NCBI GenBank assembly: GCA_964610465.1
Contig: CAZSWA010000002.1
Coordinates: 13,423-77,422 of the forward strand
DNA from: an uncultured Gammaproteobacteria bacterium
GTDB taxonomy: Bacteria > Patescibacteriota > Microgenomatia > Levybacterales > UBA12049
DNA: 64,000 nucleotides
Reading direction: 5' to 3'
In this document: positions 59,389-64,000 of the stretch, one piece after another
Numbering within the stretch: position 1 is the first letter of the stretch
Layout: each line of letters starts with the position of its first letter
Notes under the pieces: model-generated
Seen by the model: the letters and a program-made list of their open reading frames with translations, nothing else
What the model was told of the DNA's origin: nothing
Database searches by the model: none
Program-made: the position numbers and the translations under genes

Positions 59389-59450
59389 TCTAAACAATAC
59401 CAGAAAACACAGCAAAAGTCAATATTATAGGTCTTTATTTTAACCTTAGA

Positions 59451-61397
59451 CTACGGTTTTTCTTTGTAGGTTTTTATAAATGATATTGCACTCTTACTCT
59501 CTAAACCTGCTTTTTTTGTTGCTTCCTCAAGTGGCATAAGCATTCTCTCAAGAATTTCAGGATGTTTTATCAAGGATATTTTTTTGTACGACTCTCGCGC
59601 TTTGGTAATATGATAATGTATGATGTCACACACTTCATTGATAATGTTATACCAAAATATTTCCTGAAGTTTGGGTAATGCAATATCAATTGCACCTGTT
59701 TTATTTTTTGTCTTTGATGCTCTGTATTGTGTGAGAATAAGTGCATTTACAGGATTTATATGTCCTTTTTTCAAGTCACTTTCCCAATCATGTGCATCAT
59801 CATTGAGTTGCCGTGCTATCAAGTAATGTCTAAAAAACGAAAGTAAGTTTTGAATTTCTGAAGAATCTTTTGTATAACCTAACGCAAAAAGTATTGCCAA
59901 AGGTCCCAATGCATGACCTATGGATTTATCAACAAGTATCGTGTAATTACTAAAGTCAGGTAACGGGTATTTCAAGATATCATCTTTCTCTTTTATTCTG
60001 CAATGGATAATTTCCCAACTATTGGCTGCATCTATCGTATCCATGCTGGTTTGAAAAAGCGTAAGAAACTCATTGTTTTTAGGAAGAATCGTGATGAAAA
60101 TTCTTGTCACCTCACGAAGTGAAATATTTGCAATTGATAATGTTCTTATGTCTCCTTCTTCATCCAAAAAATTATCATATATAGTATAGGCAAGCCAGCC
60201 AAATACGTTGGCACATCCTAGTTCAATAAGAAATACTTCATGTATTTTTTTTCCTTTATCTCCCAGACTCTGATTAAAATAATATGGCAAAAGAGGAATT
60301 TGTTTTCCTTTCTCTCCTTCCAATATATCTTTGAGCTGCAGTTTCATTTCTTCTTTTATACTTATATCAAATGGCTTAAATGTCTCTTCAACCTTTGTAA
60401 TAACTTTTTTATAGATTTTAATCTGTTGTTGAGACATATTTTCCTGTTTCCTGTTTTTCTTCTGGAGCGTTGTATATTTGTAGAGTGCTTCAAGACAAAA
60501 CGCAGTAGTCATTGCGTATGATCCAGAATAATACGGCACTCCATCTTTACTTGGGTCCAAATAAAATGGACAAGCATCCCAACTCCCATCCTTTTTTTGT
60601 TTTTTTAAAAGATATGAGAGGCAGTCTTCCAAACCTTCCAGCGGAACATCAAGATTGATAAGTGCCAACAGTGCAAGTGCAGTATATAAAGGATTTTCCC
60701 ACATGTTGTTTTTATCTTTTTCTTTTAAGAGCATCGTCTTTAATTTCTCTCTATATCTCCCTTTATAAAGTCTGGAAATGAAATAAATAATTGGATAAAA
60801 AGACGGATAATAGGGAGATTTGATATTCCCACTTTTAATTTTAGATTCTATAAACGTTACAAGATTTGGTAACTCTATTGCAAAAAGAGAAAGAAAGTAC
60901 GCGATATTGCTATTGACTGCCAAATCAACATCCTGCCATTTTCCGTCATCCTTATTAACCAGCCAAGTGCGGTATGGTCCTCCTTCTTTTTCTTCAACTG
61001 AAGTTAATACCATTACAATTTTTGCGAGGACCTCTCCATCAATTATCTTGTTATCAATATGTAATAATGCAGCGACTGCACAAAATGTATCATCTAAATC
61101 ATCAGGATATCGCATATCTAACGATTCTTTTGATCCTCTTGCCCAATAATTAAAAGACCAGTGTTTGCTTTTTTGTTTTAATAAGAATTTTGCAGCTCTA
61201 GATTTTATTGTATCTGCAGGTATGTCTTTTAAGGCAAGAAGGATAAGAGATGTCGTAAAAGTCGTATGATACGTAAGAGCACTTTTAAAATTGAAAGGGT
61301 CAGGTGATGAAAGACTAAGAAAACCTCCGTCTTTTTGTTGTTGTGATAAGATATAGCTTATTCCTCTTTCAAGTACTTTCTTGAAATCAGACACCAT
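59451..61397 (-). CDS. Fusion of class II terpene cyclase-like domain and ComQ-like/class I isoprenyl transferase domain
   Basis: QW-type repeats (SQQQKDGGF, KQKKDGSW), DDLDDT (DxDD); C-terminal YDNFLD and QLNDDAHD Asp-rich motifs. Confidence 0.82.
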   Translation of the reverse strand: MVSDFKKVLERGISYILSQQQKDGGFLSLSSPDPFNFKSALTYHTTFTTSLILLALKDIPADTIKSRAAKFLLKQKSKHWSFNYWARGSKESLDMRYPDDLDDTFCAVAALLHIDNKIIDGEVLAKIVMVLTSVEEKEGGPYRTWLVNKDDGKWQDVDLAVNSNIAYFLSLFAIELPNLVTFIESKIKSGNIKSPYYPSFYPIIYFISRLYKGRYREKLKTMLLKEKDKNNMWENPLYTALALLALINLDVPLEGLEDCLSYLLKKQKKDGSWDACPFYLDPSKDGVPYYSGSYAMTTAFCLEALYKYTTLQKKNRKQENMSQQQIKIYKKVITKVEETFKPFDISIKEEMKLQLKDILEGEKGKQIPLLPYYFNQSLGDKGKKIHEVFLIELGCANVFGWLAYTIYDNFLDEEGDIRTLSIANISLREVTRIFITILPKNNEFLTLFQTSMDTIDAANSWEIIHCRIKEKDDILKYPLPDFSNYTILVDKSIGHALGPLAILFALGYTKDSSEIQNLLSFFRHYLIARQLNDDAHDWESDLKKGHINPVNALILTQYRASKTKNKTGAIDIALPKLQEIFWYNIINEVCDIIHYHITKARESYKKISLIKHPEILERMLMPLEEATKKAGLESKSAISFIKTYKEKP

Positions 61398-61434
61398 TAC
61401 TTAATACTAAAAAGGAACTCCTGTAAAATCAAGA

Positions 61435-62847
61435 CTACTTCCCTTTTCTCAAAGGAATGAGTATGGTAAAAAGCGTTCCGTTTTCTTTTCCTGTTTCTAC
61501 ATTGATTGTTCCGTTAAATTCCTTATCAATAATATATTTACAAATAGAAAGACCAATACCTGTATTACTGTCAAAACTTTTTGTCGTAAAGAATGGCTCA
61601 AAAATTTTATCAAGATATTTTTTTTCAATACCTTCACCATAATCCTGAACCGTTAATTGTATTGTATATTTCAGTTTTTGTGCAGTAATTTCAATTTTCT
61701 TTTCTTTTTTCCTTTTCAAATGTTCGTATGAATCAATAGCGTTTGAGATAAGATTCGTGATAACTTGATTAAACTTTAATTGATTTCCATAGAGTGTAAT
61801 AGAAGACGTTTTGTCGAGATGTATCTGGATATTTTCTTCTTTTGCTTTATAATGAAACATATCAATCACATCCTGAATTTCATCTGTTACTGAAAATCGC
61901 TTTCTTAGTTCGTGACTTTGCATTTGTTTCCTTGCAGTTTTCACAAAGTCCTCAAGCTTTTTAAGTCCTATTGTTGCACGATGCAGTAACACTTTTCTTT
62001 CATCCAATTGATTTCCTGATATTTCTTCAGCTTGCGAAGACAGTTGATTTAAATTAAGAGAGACTAAGTTGAGGGGATTTGCCAAATCATGAAAAAGTCC
62101 TGATGCAAGTCGACCAAACTCTACAAAACGGTAGAGTTGTGCAATCTTTTCCGCTTGCAATTGTTTTAATTCTTGAGTACGTTTTTCAACGGTAACTTCG
62201 AGTAAATCTCTTTGTTTTTTGAGCGCTGCTTCCGAAACTCTGGCTCTTTTCAATGCTTTCTCACCTTCAATATTGAAGAGCCAGGAAATAAGGGCAATAA
62301 TAAGCAATGTAATATATCTCACTATTGTGTCTGCCAAATTATATGCTTGCTTTTTCCAATATAAATCGGGTCTGTATATATGATTGATTTGCAAATATGA
62401 GATTGTAATAAAGGTAACTCCTGTAAGAGCTGTAGCGGTGAATATCGATTTTGTATCAATCAATATTCCTGACATAACAATAATAAGCGCATACAGGAGA
62501 AGAACCTGAGGTACGTCTGCTCCCCATCGTGCAGAAGTATAGAAAGTAGTCAAAAATAAAAAGGCGATAAAAATTGTTGCGGCTATTTTTGATTTTTTAA
62601 GTCTGGATAATATTAGGAGGATACAAAAAAATGAAAAAAATGCAAAGGTAAACACTGGTAGTAACCCATGATAAGGTGTTGAAGTAAAATAGAAAAACAA
62701 ATTTTGTCCGAAAGCGACAAATGTCAAAATAATGATGGAAACCAGCAAAATATTAAGGATAAATTCTCGACGGGCAGTATCTTTATCTTTTGAACGGGGC
62801 AGAATAATATAATGTAATAAAAAAGTAGACGTTGTTTTAAAGAACAT
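61435..62847 (-). CDS. Polytopic membrane sensor histidine kinase
   Basis: About 6 N-terminal TM helices, coiled coil, HDLANPL H-box, NLISNA, DYGEG, FEPFFTTK, GIGL. Confidence 0.95.
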   Translation of the reverse strand: MFFKTTSTFLLHYIILPRSKDKDTARREFILNILLVSIIILTFVAFGQNLFFYFTSTPYHGLLPVFTFAFFSFFCILLILSRLKKSKIAATIFIAFLFLTTFYTSARWGADVPQVLLLYALIIVMSGILIDTKSIFTATALTGVTFITISYLQINHIYRPDLYWKKQAYNLADTIVRYITLLIIALISWLFNIEGEKALKRARVSEAALKKQRDLLEVTVEKRTQELKQLQAEKIAQLYRFVEFGRLASGLFHDLANPLNLVSLNLNQLSSQAEEISGNQLDERKVLLHRATIGLKKLEDFVKTARKQMQSHELRKRFSVTDEIQDVIDMFHYKAKEENIQIHLDKTSSITLYGNQLKFNQVITNLISNAIDSYEHLKRKKEKKIEITAQKLKYTIQLTVQDYGEGIEKKYLDKIFEPFFTTKSFDSNTGIGLSICKYIIDKEFNGTINVETGKENGTLFTILIPLRKGK

Positions 62848-62890
62848 TGCAAAATCAATAATGTTGAGCTATTATACTATTCCTAAGGAA

Positions 62891-62922
62891 AGCACACAAT
62901 AAAGGTTATTTTATCGTGTGCT
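62891..62922 (-). terminator. Hairpin downstream of the peptide gene
   Basis: 13-bp stem AGCACACGATAAA/TTTATTGTGTGCT about 25 nt after the stop. Confidence 0.55.
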
Positions 62923-62946
62923 CTCTAAGTCTAAAACTCACTTGAC

Positions 62947-63060
62947 CTATACATTACCCCATGGATCAAGCGCGTTTGTTTTTGAAGTAAGGAGTGCTTT
63001 TACACTCTTTTTACTTCTTGCAGATTTATTTACAAGAAGTGCCTTCATTATTTCACTCAT
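62947..63060 (-). CDS. Unannotated 37-aa ComX-like precursor peptide
   Basis: SD AAAGGGGGTGAT; MSEIMKALLVNKSARSKKSVKALLTSKTNALDPWGNV*; sole Trp is 4th from the C-terminus. Confidence 0.82.
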   Translation of the reverse strand: MSEIMKALLVNKSARSKKSVKALLTSKTNALDPWGNV

Positions 63061-63081
63061 TTATATCACCCCCTTTCCTCT

Positions 63082-63753
63082 CTATCTAGTCGCTAGCTTA
63101 TATCCAAATCCATGAGCTGTCTTTATAAGTTTTTTATGAAATGGCTTATCTATTTTTTCCCGCAGATTTCTGATATGCACATCTATAAAATTAGTTGCAG
63201 CTTCTACGTCACTGTCCCATACATGATCTAAAATCATTTCACGGGTGACTACCTGTCCTTTGTTCCTCATGAGATATTCAAGTATATAAAGTTCTTTTTT
63301 CCGAATAGGAATTACCTTGTTATTTCTTTTGACAACTTTTGTACTTAAATCAAGTGTCAAATCACCAACTGATAAGATATTTGAAGGCAAAGTAGATAGT
63401 GAACGACGGCTAAGTGCATTGATTCGCGCAATAAGTTCTTCCATTGCAAAAGGTTTGATAAGATAATCATCAGCACCTGAATCAAGCGCTTGTACTTTTC
63501 TTCGTATTTCCGATTGTCCAGTCAGCATAAGAATAGGAGTTGATAGTCCTTCCTTCCGAATTTTTCGGCATATATCAATCCCATTGGCATCAGAAAGAAT
63601 CATATCTATGACAATGACATCATATATTTCATTTTGCATTTTCTTCTCGCTTTCTTTTGCACTTAATGCAATATCAACTAGAAAATGTTTAGAAAGTCCA
63701 TCTCGTATAGTAAATGCGGTAACTTTATCATCTTCTATAACAAGTAGTTTCAT
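63082..63753 (-). CDS. OmpR/PhoB-family response regulator
   Basis: IEDD, D phosphoacceptor (VIDM), GADDYLIKPF, winged helix (DVHIRNLREKID, GFGY). Confidence 0.96.
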   Translation of the reverse strand: MKLLVIEDDKVTAFTIRDGLSKHFLVDIALSAKESEKKMQNEIYDVIVIDMILSDANGIDICRKIRKEGLSTPILMLTGQSEIRRKVQALDSGADDYLIKPFAMEELIARINALSRRSLSTLPSNILSVGDLTLDLSTKVVKRNNKVIPIRKKELYILEYLMRNKGQVVTREMILDHVWDSDVEAATNFIDVHIRNLREKIDKPFHKKLIKTAHGFGYKLATR

Positions 63754-63869
63754 AATGAAAGATTATTAAATATTTATTAAAATTTCATGAAATTTTTGTG
63801 GGTTACTCATATTCTATCATTTGCTAAGAGGCTAAAATAAAAAAACAAAGTGATAGAAGACACAAAGAG

Positions 63870-63998
63870 CTAGGATCCTATTTTGAATTCTATAACATCA
63901 CCGTCTTCTACCACGTAATCTCTTCCCTCTTGTCTTGCTTTCCCAAGTTCCCGTGCTTTTTTTATTCCTCCTGCTGCAACATATTCATCATATGAGAC
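63870..63998 (-). CDS. ychF: YchF ATPase, C-terminal end (truncated by window edge)
   Basis: ..KARELGKARQEGRDYVVEDGDVIEFK. Confidence 0.9.
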   Translation of the reverse strand, partial: VSYDEYVAAGGIKKARELGKARQEGRDYVVEDGDVIEFKIGS

Positions 63999-64000
63999 AA

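Noticed and set aside
58903-59443. Four overlapping ORFs (71-101 aa) in the GC-rich island
   Set aside because: They overlap on both strands, lack motifs and are better explained by stop-codon scarcity in structured RNA
62918-63115. Plus-strand 65-aa ORF
   Set aside because: Antisense shadow of the SD-led 37-aa peptide
1-64000. Stop-codon reassignment (code 25 or TAA recoding)
   Set aside because: TGA ends carA and other genes, and TAA ends many; the two internal TAAs are isolated lesions
1-64000. CRISPR array, rRNA, intact IS or prophage
   Set aside because: No regularly spaced repeats, rRNA signatures, transposase or phage structural genes seen

Overview
AT-rich bacterial chromosome segment in the standard code 11 (TGA serves as a stop). 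Gene content, short RF1, extended L31 and pervasive leaderless promoters suggest a Patescibacteria/CPR (Microgenomates-like) genome; that assignment is inference. It carries an LPXTG protein plus sortase, a full de novo pyrimidine operon (pyrB-carA-carB-pyrC-pyrD-pyrF-pyrE, with an in-frame TAA in pyrD), a Xer recombinase with dif-like sites around a trehalase, housekeeping genes (yebC, efp, pepA, maf, ddl, dnaB, hisS, rpmE, prfA, rpsF-ssb-rpsR, ychF), tRNA-Leu(CAA) with a decayed island, and a sugar-catabolism cluster. Best candidate for an undescribed system (59.4-63.8 kb, minus strand): response regulator, an unannotated 37-aa peptide ending DPWGNV, a membrane histidine kinase and a class II terpene cyclase/ComQ-like prenyltransferase fusion. 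This looks like a ComQXPA-like signalling locus that may make a cyclic-terpenyl-Trp peptide. Directly after it lies a ~470-nt highly structured ncRNA candidate. Other leads: twin leader-peptide attenuators in front of a PrkA/YeaG-like ATPase operon, palindromic repeats inserted in-frame in carB, an Xaa-Pro peptidase and possibly hisS, and a structured leader ahead of a His-rich micro-protein. All structure calls were made by eye.
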